A stretch of DNA of 64,000 nucleotides from Eukaryota sp. TZLM1-RC. Lineage: Eukaryota > Protista > Metamonada: BaSk clade. Below the pieces are notes generated by a model that saw only the letters and a list, made by a program, of their open reading frames with translations, ran no database searches and was not told where the DNA came from. Where the stretch lies: positions 2,702,689 through 2,766,688 of the forward strand of contig JAUPSS010000007.1 in the NCBI GenBank assembly GCA_040285825.1, given 5' to 3'. The translations under genes were made by a program, and so were the position numbers. Below are positions 11,442-23,599 of this stretch, piece after piece (positions within the stretch are counted from its first letter, which is position 1; every line of letters begins with the position of its first letter).

Positions 11442-13922
11442 ATGGAAAGCTCTCTCTTAGATGTACCGGCATTCCAACGACAATCCAAGGTTGACAAGCC
11501 TTCCCTTAATAATACAGTTCATTTCATTGTTTGCTTCTTCTTGATTGTTGTTGCTGGTGTTATTCTGTCAATCTGGGTCTCCCAGCCAAGTGTTTCTGAT
11601 AGTAAGCTTACGAATGTCTGTCCAAGTTTCTCTGTTGATAACACTATTTCGATCGTCCAAGAAGTGACGAAACATGGCCCACACCCCACAGGTTCCCCTG
11701 CACAAAACAACAAAGTTATTCCCTACTTCTTTGACGAAGTTCTACCCGATCTTGAGGCACTCGCGCACCAGCACAATTGGAACACCAATACAAGTATTGT
11801 CTGTGATCGTGGTACTGTTTACATCGGTGGTGTTCCTTCCTCCTATGAAAATGTTTGTGTTTCTGTCTTTTCAATCGCTCCTCCCAATGTTGATCCCACT
11901 TCTCCTGGTATTGCTCTCTCAGCCCATCTAGACTCCATCTTTCACGCCCCCGGAGCCTTTGATAATGCTGTCAATGTTGCCCTCGGTACAGAACTGGTAC
12001 GTGGGATCATCAAAACTCCTGACCTCCAATCAGACTTCCACAGACCAATACATTTGATTGTTGGTGATGGAGAAGAACTTGGATTGCTCATTTCCCATGT
12101 CGCCATTAACAACTTCCTAGATCGAATTGCATTTGTGTTGAATCTTGAAAGTGTTGGTTATGGGGGTAAGATGACCCTTTTCAGATGGACTACTCACAGT
12201 GAGAAACTTGTCCTAAAACATTGCTCAAAAGCCAAAAATCTATTGGTTTCAGGCGTTGGAATTGATGTTTTCAATGCTGGTTTGATTGGTTCGAACACGG
12301 ACTATGTACATTACTCAGAGGTGGCACCAGTGGCTGACTTTGCTTTTGTTGAACGATCTGATCGCTACCATACACTTTATGATCGTTTAGAAACTGATAA
12401 GGAAGAGCAAATTATGAGGAAATCAGTCAGAGAAGGCTTGGTTGTTTTGTTTGATGTCGTTCATTCTTTTTGCTCTGATACCAGTGATGCTGTAGGTAAT
12501 TGGAGTAATTCAATTGTTTTCACTCTACCTCTTTTCGGAGTTGTTCTACTTAGTCCAGTTGTAGGCTTAATTTTGCATTGTTTGGTTTTGGGGTCTTGTA
12601 TTGGTATTGTAGCTTTTCTTGTTGTGCGTTCTGGAAAACAGTCTAGTTTTGATCACTCAATCCGTAATTGGGTAGTTATTGGTTCGTTTCCATTTGTTTT
12701 TGTCTTGTTACCAATCATTGTTTGTTCTATTTTTGGTTACGTTCTGTCCGTGATCTCACCAATGACGTTTCATCGCCATTCGCAACTTTCAATGGTCTTT
12801 TACTGCTTGATTACTCTCTCTTGCATGTTTTTGTCTCAATTATTATTGCAGAAAATTCAAAAACAAAACCATCTAATCAGCTTAGTGGTATCGACCGTGC
12901 CCTTCTTTGTCATTTATTTGTGTGCAGTAATTTTCAAGTTGGGTTCTTCAATTTTATTTGGATTTATTCTTGTTGCTTCTGTTCTAATGGTGGTTTCGGG
13001 TTATTTGAATAGTTCTAAATCAAATCCAATCAAGCCAATCATCTTTTTGAGCGTTTCTGCTCTGATCATCACGTTATCAGTTTCCTCTGTTGCGTACTTA
13101 CTACTACAATTACTACCTGGCAATTTTTCAAGAATGGATGAAAATTTTGCAGCTGATCTCTACTACGCCATTGGTGTGTCATTTATCTCTATGCTTTTGA
13201 CAGGACCACTCATTTCGTTCGTTCATACCACCAAAAAACCTAATTGTGTTCATTTGAGTTGCTTTTGTTTTGTATTGTCTCTACCATTGTTGTGTATTTT
13301 GCTATTCTCAGTTCCGTATTCAAGTAAAACTCCTCTCAGGTATACGGTTCAACATGAAATATTTGCTAGTAAGAATCAGTCTCATTTGGCTTTTTCTTTC
13401 CCACATTCTGCAGGTTTAAGTAATTTGGAGGAGGTTTTACATTCTCATGATTACGAAACCTTTAGCTGTAAAAGCTTTATTCCTCTTGAAACTAATGCTG
13501 TTTGTGTTGATGCTGGGAAGGAAGTTGTTAACCCTCCATTGATTGATTATGATTACAAATGTGATGACAGTCAGTGTAACGTGACCATGTTTATCACAAC
13601 TGAAGAATCTGCAAGACTTTTGATAATGTTTCCTGACGACATTGATGTTCACTATGAAGGTCACCATGTCGGTGACATTATGGGTAAAGAACCTGGTGTC
13701 ATGATCAATTTGGCAAAAGCTACTATCAGAACTGAGTGGAACTTTAGTTTTACTCCTCCTAAAACATCATTGACATTAAGAACTTTGTATTCCGTTTACA
13801 AAAATTCTTTGATTGTTGATACTGTCATTGACCAACTAATGCCTGAAATGAGCCCTTGGGGTTATAACTGGTTACCAGGCACAATGACTTTAATTGATGA
13901 TGTTACTTTTTGTAACAATTAA
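11442..13922 (+). CDS. M28 family membrane metallopeptidase (ERMP1/Pff1-like)
   Basis: Motifs SAHLDS, PGAFDN, GEELGL, LNLES.G.GG, NTDY and YHT.YD, followed by several TM helices; intact 826 aa. Confidence 0.9.
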   Translation: MESSLLDVPAFQRQSKVDKPSLNNTVHFIVCFFLIVVAGVILSIWVSQPSVSDSKLTNVCPSFSVDNTISIVQEVTKHGPHPTGSPAQNNKVIPYFFDEVLPDLEALAHQHNWNTNTSIVCDRGTVYIGGVPSSYENVCVSVFSIAPPNVDPTSPGIALSAHLDSIFHAPGAFDNAVNVALGTELVRGIIKTPDLQSDFHRPIHLIVGDGEELGLLISHVAINNFLDRIAFVLNLESVGYGGKMTLFRWTTHSEKLVLKHCSKAKNLLVSGVGIDVFNAGLIGSNTDYVHYSEVAPVADFAFVERSDRYHTLYDRLETDKEEQIMRKSVREGLVVLFDVVHSFCSDTSDAVGNWSNSIVFTLPLFGVVLLSPVVGLILHCLVLGSCIGIVAFLVVRSGKQSSFDHSIRNWVVIGSFPFVFVLLPIIVCSIFGYVLSVISPMTFHRHSQLSMVFYCLITLSCMFLSQLLLQKIQKQNHLISLVVSTVPFFVIYLCAVIFKLGSSILFGFILVASVLMVVSGYLNSSKSNPIKPIIFLSVSALIITLSVSSVAYLLLQLLPGNFSRMDENFAADLYYAIGVSFISMLLTGPLISFVHTTKKPNCVHLSCFCFVLSLPLLCILLFSVPYSSKTPLRYTVQHEIFASKNQSHLAFSFPHSAGLSNLEEVLHSHDYETFSCKSFIPLETNAVCVDAGKEVVNPPLIDYDYKCDDSQCNVTMFITTEESARLLIMFPDDIDVHYEGHHVGDIMGKEPGVMINLAKATIRTEWNFSFTPPKTSLTLRTLYSVYKNSLIVDTVIDQLMPEMSPWGYNWLPGTMTLIDDVTFCNN

Positions 13923-14422
13923 ATTAATAAATTATCCTGTATATACGTTTTGTTAATTTTTCCTATTTTATTGTTGGTTTTAAAAGGATAATATTCGCAT
14001 TCTTTCCGTTGATGATGATTGAATCATTGGGCAATTGTTTCTAAAAATAAAAAACTGTCGAAACATGGGTTTTTGGGAGAAAAAAGTTTCCGTTTGAACC
14101 AATAAATTAAGATTAAAAACTATCCTTGACATAAATACACCATTCTCTCATGGTTGTGGGCAGTTTAACGCCGCGTTGAGATCAAAGCTCAGTCAAGTGA
14201 TTGATCTGTTTTTTTGAATTTGAGTCTACTACGATATCACATTTTGAAACCAATAGCGCTGCTAGCTTCTTTATTGGAAAACCAAAAACATAATTTATTT
14301 ACAGTTTCGGTAATTATACACAATGTACAAGTTGGATCTACACATTTATCAATTATTACTGAATTTAATTTAACGTACTTTAATTTAACGTATGAGTTGT
14401 TTCACCACCACAAAAAAATCAT

Positions 14423-16417
14423 TTAATTATTTACAAACTCGCTATGAATCAATTCAATTTCAGCATCTTGGGGATACTGAATCCACCAAGGAAACGCATT
14501 AAGTTCAAAAACAAAACCATTTTTGAAGTTAACAATAGATTTAACAACATTCCTTTCAACCAAGTTGTAAGGACAAAAATCTGGGAAATCAAAATCACCA
14601 ACAGCACAAGCCTCAAATTTTAAAAATTTGAGTTTTGGAAATTTGAATTTCTTTAAACCCTTTACTAAATTGATAGACAAGTCCAATTCTTTTAAATTTG
14701 GTAACAAAAGGGTTTTGGCAAAATTTAATTCAGCTCCACTAAGAACCAAACTGTACAAAGATTGAGGTAGCTTAATGAGACCTTTTGCCAAAGCTTCTGA
14801 CAAGTAAATTGAATTAATGCTGAGTTCTTTCAGATTTGTCAGATATGACAAATCAAGAGAGATTTCATCATCAAACAGCGAATCTGGATGAATTAAAGTT
14901 AATTTTGAAATAGATATCGGTAATAATGGTAAAGTATCTAATGGATAGTTGATTTCAATTTTCTTGAGATTTGTCAAGAAAGAAAAATCAAAAGTGCCTG
15001 TCAATTCTCTTGCCTGCAAGGCAGAATCACCACGCTGAATCTTTAAGGAGATTGTGTTGGGGAAATTTAAAAAAAAATGTTGACCATCTTCTAAATTATT
15101 GGTAATTAAACCAAGAGTAGTAACATTTAAATTGTGGAAATTGGAATATTGGAATTCAGAATTAAGGACAATTTCAATATTTTTCGATGTAGAGACCAAA
15201 TTTTCAGTTGTGGGATCAACCAAAATTTCCTTCATCTGACAACTCGACAGTAATTCACAACACATTTGTTTGAATTTGTTACTAATTCTGCAATATTTAC
15301 TTATAAACCTTGCTTTTGCAAACTTCCCATTACCATAACCAAGTTCCAATAAGCCTAATATATTGTTGAAAATCGAGAGAAGCAAATCATTAAATAAATC
15401 AACAACCTGAACTCCATCACCTACTACCCCAGTCAGCTCAGATCCAAATACTTGCACAGGTTTATGGTGATCCCAACAATCACCTGTGCCTAGTTGACCA
15501 AAATCATTACGACCCCAAGCCCAAACATTATTGTTATTAATGGCAAAAATATGATTATTTGAAACTGAAATATTTTCCACGCGACCGATTCCATTAACTA
15601 TTTGTACATCTTCAAACACCTCATCCATTCGGTAAACCGCAGACAAATCTCCCCAATGAAACACTTCTCCTTCACTAGTGAGGGCTACAAAGAAACCATC
15701 TCCGCTTGCAATAGCCTTAGTGTGACCCAAACCACTGACAGGGACGGGAGCAGACCAAATACCTTGGTTGTAGGTAGCTTGAAACGTCTGTCCAAGGGAG
15801 TCTAAGAGTAAAATACGAATAGATTCATCGTTATAATCAAAATAACCACAACAATTCAAACATTTTCTCATCAAAAAAGGAGCTTTTAAAACTTCAAAGT
15901 TATCAGTATCAAGGTTTTCAAAATAAAGAAAGACTTCTCCTTTAGAATTCAAGCACACAAATTGAGAATCAAAGCATTGTAACTCAACAACGTCACTTAG
16001 TTCAGGAATGACTTCAACTGACTGATGATTACCCCACTGTAAAACTTGGCCTTCAACAGTCAAGGCAAATGATGTCCACTGAGTTGCATAGACTGCTTTG
16101 ATGGGATAAGGAAGATCAAGCTTAGTGATTGGTAGTGCTTTGGATTGAGACATGTTTAGTTGGTTGACTTCGTTCCATCCCCAACCATAAACTGTACCAT
16201 CGTTTGATAGTGCTAGTGAGTGAGTGGGACCTGCGGAGACTGACTTGAGGTTGGAGAGTGGGAGTTTGAGGGGGGAGAGTACAATAGGGGGACTAGAAAT
16301 AAAGATTTTGTTGTGTGAGTTGCTACCTGTGCCATAAAGATCACCAGATTTGGTGAGAATGAGTGTATGTGTTGAAGAAGAAACTGCTCTGATTGGGCTC
16401 GATGAGGAATGCGTCAT
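14423..16417 (-). CDS. RCC1-repeat protein with C-terminal leucine-rich repeats
   Basis: RCC1 motifs HSLALSNDGTVYGWGWN and VWAWGRNDFGQLGTGD; LRR-like LSYLTNLKELSI and LPNLKELDL. Confidence 0.85.
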   Translation of the reverse strand: MTHSSSSPIRAVSSSTHTLILTKSGDLYGTGSNSHNKIFISSPPIVLSPLKLPLSNLKSVSAGPTHSLALSNDGTVYGWGWNEVNQLNMSQSKALPITKLDLPYPIKAVYATQWTSFALTVEGQVLQWGNHQSVEVIPELSDVVELQCFDSQFVCLNSKGEVFLYFENLDTDNFEVLKAPFLMRKCLNCCGYFDYNDESIRILLLDSLGQTFQATYNQGIWSAPVPVSGLGHTKAIASGDGFFVALTSEGEVFHWGDLSAVYRMDEVFEDVQIVNGIGRVENISVSNNHIFAINNNNVWAWGRNDFGQLGTGDCWDHHKPVQVFGSELTGVVGDGVQVVDLFNDLLLSIFNNILGLLELGYGNGKFAKARFISKYCRISNKFKQMCCELLSSCQMKEILVDPTTENLVSTSKNIEIVLNSEFQYSNFHNLNVTTLGLITNNLEDGQHFFLNFPNTISLKIQRGDSALQARELTGTFDFSFLTNLKKIEINYPLDTLPLLPISISKLTLIHPDSLFDDEISLDLSYLTNLKELSINSIYLSEALAKGLIKLPQSLYSLVLSGAELNFAKTLLLPNLKELDLSINLVKGLKKFKFPKLKFLKFEACAVGDFDFPDFCPYNLVERNVVKSIVNFKNGFVFELNAFPWWIQYPQDAEIELIHSEFVNN

Positions 16418-16487
16418 ATAAAATAAACATGTTTCTATCCATGCTGATAAATCTTAATACTAATACTCTGAACATTCTTTCTCACAC

Positions 16488-17020
16488 TCACTGATTGTTG
16501 CAGTGCCATTGTCTACAATTATCATGAATATGAGAGTACGTAATCCTGTACATGTTTAGAGCACTGTTAACATCGCTATCCCTATAGACGCCATATTCAC
16601 TGTTTTGACAGTGTAGCAGTCCATGGCATGGGACAAGATCGACATTGTTTCTTTTTCGGATTGCAATTTTGTTAAACTTCTTGAATTTTGTTAAGATTTT
16701 AGAATATTCACTATTTTTTCGCTGCTCGTAATTCATTCTTTAGTCTCTTTCTTTTTCTTTAGTCTCTTTCTTTTTCAAGTGAATCTTTTATATGAATTGG
16801 GATCTTTGACCTTTACATCACATTCGGTATCTCCATCGCAATTATCCTCAACACAAACAGCACAACTCTTACTGGTCCGATACTCATCTACCAAGTATTC
16901 TTTTATACCAGCTTTTCTCAGCATTCTTCTTAGCCCGACACCTCTGATTGTGCTGGCTTTACCTTTACGATTAATCTTAGCGTCCCAATCACCAGAGCCA
17001 ATTACAATATTGAATTCACA
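16488..17020 (-). pseudogene. Fanzor RuvC/zinc-finger C-terminal remnant (second family)
   Basis: Manual translation gives IVIGSGDWDAK..RGVGLRRMLRKAG..YLVDEYRTSKSCAVC, then VPCHGLLHCQN..YRDSDVNSALNMY. One stop and a frameshift lie near a short duplication at ~16737-16776. Confidence 0.8.
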
Positions 17021-17275
17021 TTAATTTCACATTTAATCCGTCAGCAAAAAAAAGTTAGAAAAATACAATAGCAATTGATTTTTATTTATTGAGCTAAGCA
17101 CCAATTAAAAACCCAAAACAAAAGCCTAAACACCATCAGTAATTAGTGAAATTATTGAAATTAGTTGATTAATTGGTAAAAGTAATACACGAAACAAAGT
17201 CGTTAGTTAACATCAATAATAACTATTAAAGAAAAAAAAATAAATAAAAGAAAAGTTTGTTTATTAATGAAAAAC

Positions 17276-17593
17276 CTAAACACCAAAACCATACAAAACA
17301 CGTCCTTGTCGTTTCAAAGCATAGACAACATCCATAGCAGTAATGGTCTTCCTTCCTGCATGTTCACAATAAGTGAACGAATCTGCCAAAGTCCTCCTGA
17401 GGAAAGTACGGAGAACAGTACGGGTTTCATCATAGATAAGTGCAGAGATACGCTTGACACCACCACGGCGAGCAAGACGACGAATGGCTGGCTTGGTAAT
17501 ACCGAGGATATTGTCTCGGGAGAACTTTGGGTGTCTCCGAGCGGGGATGCCCGTCTTACCTAAACCTTTTCCACCTTTTCCACGGCCTGTCAT
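17276..17593 (-). CDS. H4: Histone H4, divergent variant
   Basis: [33 protein letters not shown]; 13 substitutions versus the copy at 45056. Confidence 0.95.
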   Translation of the reverse strand: MTGRGKGGKGLGKTGIPARRHPKFSRDNILGITKPAIRRLARRGGVKRISALIYDETRTVLRTFLRRTLADSFTYCEHAGRKTITAMDVVYALKRQGRVLYGFGV

Positions 17594-18206
17594 TGAGATC
17601 GATCAAAATAAGAATACAAGATTTGAAAGAAGTTTGGGAATTCGAGTTTGATTCTGGAAATTGTCTTGCCAAGATTAATTGTTGTTTCAGAGTTAACTTT
17701 GAATTCACCATAAAACAGTTAAACCATACTAAACCCTTGCATAAAGATTTTCAAAAACATTACTGGTTGTACAATATTATTTCATCAAACTCAAACTCTA
17801 TTAAATCTAATTTCATATTAATTGTTGCAAAATCAAGTCTGATAGCTTTGGTTAATTGTTGCTTCTTTATACTCAAAACACTTGCTTGAACTTGATCATA
17901 TACATGTTGATCTACCACTTGGATTAAAAAAATCGCCTAGTTTGAGTTTGAGAGCTTCAAAACCGCACTTTTGAAGTATCCACAGAGATCAATACATTGT
18001 AATATTCAGGATGTCAACAATAATGAACTCGATCGACACCTATTATAAAAATGAAAATTGTCTTTCAAGCAAAATTTCCACTATCTTTTTCTACCACGAA
18101 TTCGTTAGCTCACTTGAACCATAGAAATCTTTATTTGTTTACCCTTCGTCGTTTGATTTAATTAAGGAATTTATTCTGGTTCTCTTCTCTTGACTTCTCT
18201 TGACTT

Positions 18207-19267
18207 TTAAATTTCCCGTGCAAGGCGATAACATTGACCTAAACCATCCATAGCATCAGTATCACCAGCATCAGCAGCTTTTTTGAACCAATAAACTGCT
18301 TCTTTGTAAAATTGTTTCTTGTAAAACTGCCATCCTTTTACACCCATTTGTTTACAAGTCAAACCAGTCAGAGTTGGAACTACTTGTGAAAGATCTACCA
18401 AAAGACGAAGAGCACTGTGAATTTGAACTAGTAGAGGACCTGGAAGTGAGTGGTTGATGTCTAGATTTTAATTTGGAAATTTCTTGTTTAAATTGTTTAA
18501 CTTGGGTATTATCAACATTTCTTCCAAGAACCCATTCCTCTTAAAATTTTCGTAAATGCTTTTGATTATGTGCCAAATTTTGCATTATTCTTTGTTTTTG
18601 GAACCTAGATTAGAACTTTGAAGTGCTAATTCTCGGTTTGTCTGAGCTAAATGAACAATAGATTTTCGGAAAATTTTCCTTTTCTTACCTCAAATCCTCA
18701 ATAATTTGGTCTTTTTCAGCACAATTTTGACAATTTTGCCTTAAATTGGGATTAAATTCATTTATCAAAGGCAACTCTTCAGCATAATTTTCCAATAAAC
18801 TCAATTGATGATTATTTGGTCAATATTTGGTCGAAGTGATTAATCACTAGACATACAATCATTAACCAGATTTTTCAAAAATTTGAGATCTTCTTGATCA
18901 AATGAAAGTTCTTTTCTCTCCCTGATATTTGGCACCCAAATATCAGGTATACTTCTATCTTTTCACCAGCTTTTGGATAACCAGCATGCTTGTCCTTTTC
19001 GTAACATTTGATAGCTTGGTGAAGGTCATTAGGTACACCGTGGCCGTGTTCATAACAAAGACCTAAATTGTACATTCCAACCTCATTACCTACTTCAGCA
19101 GCTTTTTGGTAATAAAACACTGCTTGAGAATAGTCTTGTAGTTTGAGAATAGTAACACCAAGACCTCTATGGTAACAACGACCTAAATTATTAATAGCAC
19201 CAGCATGACCATCATCAGTCAATAGATGGTTTAAAATCAATAAAAAGCTTTTTGACTTTACCATCAA
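18207..19267 (-). pseudogene. Fragmented Sel1-like repeat protein genes
   Basis: AINNLGRCYHRGLGV..DYSQAVFYYQKAAE.GN..GMYNLGLCYEHGHGV and AVYWFKKAADAGDTDAMDGLGQCY in short broken ORFs. Confidence 0.7.
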
Positions 19268-21839
19268 TAATTCAGATCAGAGAGTGAATTCACCATTTTA
19301 AGTATCTATTGTAACTGATACCCTTCTTAAAACATTTGCTCTGAGGTATTTGCATCTACCAAATCTTCAAAACCAAATGGATCCAAATTTTCACTATGTT
19401 GAATGGAGAAATTTAGGTTTTCATCATTATGATACTCAAAACATTTGGGAAGAATTTAAAACACCCTTGGATTTAACTACCTTGTTTAAGCTAATGTCAC
19501 TGCAAACACCGAAACCTTCTATGTGTCTTTTTATAACTTTTTCTCTTGATTGCTATACGAGGGTTCAATGAGACAAGATAGACGTGTATGTGGATTTGTG
19601 TAATGGATTCAATATACCAGAACATGTCAAAAGGCCCAAAGGTCGTCTTCGTAAAAAATCCTCGGCCATCACCAGAACCAAAGAGAGAAATAGATAGATT
19701 AGTTTTTTCATTTAATTACTCAGCTGAATGGCTATCTTTAGAGAGTAACTGGAAAAGAATTGCAGATAGTCTATTCATGTGCTCAAGGTATCTGACGAAG
19801 GTAGGTCTTTCCAAACCATCTTCTGCCATTTGCTCTTGTATCAATATAAAGCTCATACTGAAAGTTCAAGTTCTTGATTAGAAATAAACCACTGACACAA
19901 TTTGAGATCGTAAAAAGAACCTCAAATTGTCATATCCGAGGCATAAGAGAAGCAATTGCAGCGATTCAACTGTGCGAGGGTCCAGGTCTCGCTTAGGTTT
20001 AGTGTTTGGATCTTTGTAGGTAAATTGATAATCTATTGACATTCCAGATACATTGGCAAAAAGTGCTCCTTCTCTGATAGACAGCTGGATGGAGCACGTG
20101 TTGTATTGAATTGTCCATGACAAACAGGAAAGAGATCGTCAACGATCAAACATTATTTCGAAAGTATTATCTCAGTATATGAGAGGAAGGGGTCTGAAAA
20201 AACTCCGAATTAAAATAGATTTGATATCAGAATTCACAGAAGTGGAAAATTCAATATTTGGTAAACATTTGAAATTTTGCTCAATCTCTATTAAATCCAC
20301 ATCAGAGTCATCATAATCGCCAAGCTTAGCTGAGACGATTGCCTGGTATTTTGCCGTGAATAATAATCCCAAATACTATCTAGGTTGGTGCCACGAGAAA
20401 ACAAATTTCAAAAATTCAAATGAACAAAGTAGAAAACAGATTTCGCATAATTTCGACATAATTGATCGTAAACACTGTGGGAGACATCTTTGAATAACAC
20501 ACGAAAGTATCTCAACAAATTTCACTTTGTTTCACTATGCCGAAACAAACAAAAATAAAAACAAAGGCCGACCACGTCTTTTGCAATGTGTTCCATCACC
20601 TTTTCCAATCATCACTTGTTCTGAATCGAGATGATCTCTCCAGCTGAGTTCATTTGGTAAATAGCATTATAATTTCATTTCCTAGAACCGTACTCAAAAA
20701 ATTCAAATAGGGTTATTGTTTCATTAAAAAGGTGACTTTGAAAGATCGACGCAGGAGCTTCATTTTGTTCAATTTTTCCTTTAAATTGAACTTTTCTTCT
20801 TCTAATTCTGATATTACAGAAGATTTCCTAGTGAATTGCAGCTTATTTTTACAAAAAACTTAATGATGGCCTTTGAGAGCAGACCAGTTGTAGAGATCGG
20901 TTGACAAAATTGTTTGGGTTCGAGTGCATCCACCTATCAACTTTGAAGTAAATTTGGAAGATACATATGTATCAGACTCTACGTAAGCATGCCCATAGTA
21001 TGAGTTTGCTGACATGATCAACGATCGAGTCGATAAAAATCTCAAGCTCTGTTACTGAAGTTGTTGTTGATACAGAGGCAACTGAGTAAATTCAATATTT
21101 CCACTAATGTGAATATATTTGATATAATTCTTGTAATTGTCTACATGTCAAAATTTGACACGGCTGGCATACTGAAAATCTAGAAGTTTAGATCAACCAA
21201 ATGAAAAGTCTCGTCAAGCTTAAAGGCAGTTGGCTCAACTTCACTTGTTTGATCATTAAGATCCTCAATACTTAAAGCTAAAAAGATCTCACTTTTGTTC
21301 TTTCAAAGTCAACAAAAACGTCTTATCTATCTATGGTTCACCAGTCCTAACCTTTCGTGAATTGTATCGACCAATCGAATAGAATGAGCAATTGTTTCTG
21401 ATGATGGTTCAAACATGGCAATATTTTCGTGTATTTTCAAACAGTTCCATTCAACTAAGGAAAACCCTTCAAAATAATCAAATGAAAAGTTATGTTCACA
21501 TGAATAACTAAAAAAGGTATCAAAGCACCTTAAAAAGCAAGTTGTTGTTGTTGATGACAGTAGTTGATTCATGCAACTTCCATTGTTTTGATTCTTGATT
21601 GTGAATTAATGCACCCTGTACATTTTTCGAATTTTGAAATACTTTTCAGATTTTGTCATAGATAAATTGAGCTCTTCTTGTAAATAGACAACCAATGGCT
21701 CAAAGTAACAAATATTCAGGCGAGCAGACTACCAGAACTAAACTCACTGATTGGCAAAAGGAAGTGTGATAAGGAGGTTTGGACATCATGGCCCTCGTGT
21801 TACCGAAAGATATATTGGACTGTTCAAAATGCCATGAAT

Positions 21840-22310
21840 CCACCAAATCTGTGTTTCAACATCATAGCCAGCATGCTTAGCCTTTTCGCACCATCTAACA
21901 GCATAGTGTCCTATTCACTGTCTTTTTCCTTTAACAAGAGTGACTTTTGACTTAACTTGAGTACCCTATCACCAATTCGTTGATCAAAGGCATAAACTGT
22001 TGAATTTGCGGAGTTTTCACTGTGTAGTCTATCAATTTCTGATTGGAGTTCATCAATCGAACCTTCGAGTTCAGATTGATTGGTCGTTCTTTCGGAAGGT
22101 CGTTGAGAGATTGAAACAATTTGGTGGTGATTCAGACATCGTGGGCGATGAATGAAAAGGCTACATGCAGAGCAATGGAGAACATCACAATCGATACAAT
22201 AGACAAACGAAGGCAAATTTTGGCACTCAGAGCAAATAGGAGATTTGGCAAAATAACACAACAGCAAAGTTTATGTTGAAGTCACATTCTGAACGCTTAG
22301 GAGCTGGTTC
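21840..22310 (-). pseudogene. B-box zinc finger + coiled-coil + Sel1 gene fragment
   Basis: CSECQ..VYCIDCDVLHCSACSLFIH...HH (B-box), then a coiled-coil; after the stop, AVRWCEKAKHAGY (Sel1-like). Confidence 0.6.
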
Positions 22311-23599
22311 TTTAGAACCAAGAGCCTATTATTCTTATTTATTTTTTGAATTATTTTTTTGAATTAATTCTTAATTTTAATTCTAATGGTTCTATTAGAA
22401 TTAAGGGTGAAAATGATTACCAGGCTCAACGTTTGCACATTGTGGAACTTTCTGAGGCAGAGTCAATTGATAGGCAGTATCCCAACAGAACTATGGATGA
22501 TTAGCGATTGATCAAATCCATAGGTATTTGCATCGATTGGAATCCAAAAATTGGTTGCTTCTTCCTGAGAGCTCAGCTGATCTTCTTCAGCTGGTCGAGG
22601 TGCAGTACCCCTGTACACAAAGCTTTTGCTACTCACATTGATGTGGATAACTCAACATTTGACGTATGTCTTCCTGAAGTCAGAGGTCATTGCTCTATTC
22701 CTCCCCAATTTCACAAAGGTGCACCTTTGTGAACACCACTCCCAAGCAACATGAAGCAAGATCAGCAATGTGGACGAGGTTTTTTGAACCAATAAAAAGC
22801 TTGTTGTTATTAGTAAATTTTGACACTATAGTTTATCATTTTTTCCATGATTTACCCTTATAAGGCCATATTTGAACCAGCTCAAATGAGCTCAATCATG
22901 ATGATAGTCACACTGACCACACTGGAAGAACCCATTATACATCAATTTTGACATAAATTTCAATGAATCATTTCTAGGTGCCGCACTTTGTTTGAGCAAT
23001 ATGTTCTTTATTAGTTGGATTTTGAGCGTGGTCACGTTCATTCTCGCCCTTTTATTAATTTTTTATGTCCAAAAACGTGACGCCGAAAAGCAATGGGGTG
23101 ACGCTATCAAAGGTTTGAGTTTTTAAAATATTGACCATAGGGTTACGGTTATATTAATAATGACCTTATAATCAAATTGTCAGTCATCAAGGGGAATTTC
23201 ATTTGCAATTACAGCCTACCATATTTATTTCATAAATAAAGTTGGATAGGTCGGCCGACACACACTTCATGAATAACTTCAACTTCAAAAGACTTTAGTA
23301 AAGGTGATGTGGCTCAAAGTCACAGATATTGCTTCAACAGACCAACATGTATAGAAACTAGAGGACTAGACTAGCCTAGAAGAAAACAATTTCGTTCAAA
23401 CATATTTAGAGTCAATAGGACAAGTAACTTGTCCCCAAGATTTTTATAGACAAGCTAACATGTTTGGCACGTTGCTATCATTCACATGGTGTTAGTTACC
23501 AAAGTTTCTTTAAACAATCACTAGGTAGATGGTGGGTAACTTAGTACAGGATATATTGATATTGGATTACCTTTCGTTTAAAACCTTATGTAAATGCAA

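Noticed and set aside
17267-17889. Plus-strand ORFs overlapping H4 (also 45086-45343)
   Set aside because: Antisense shadows of the histone genes.
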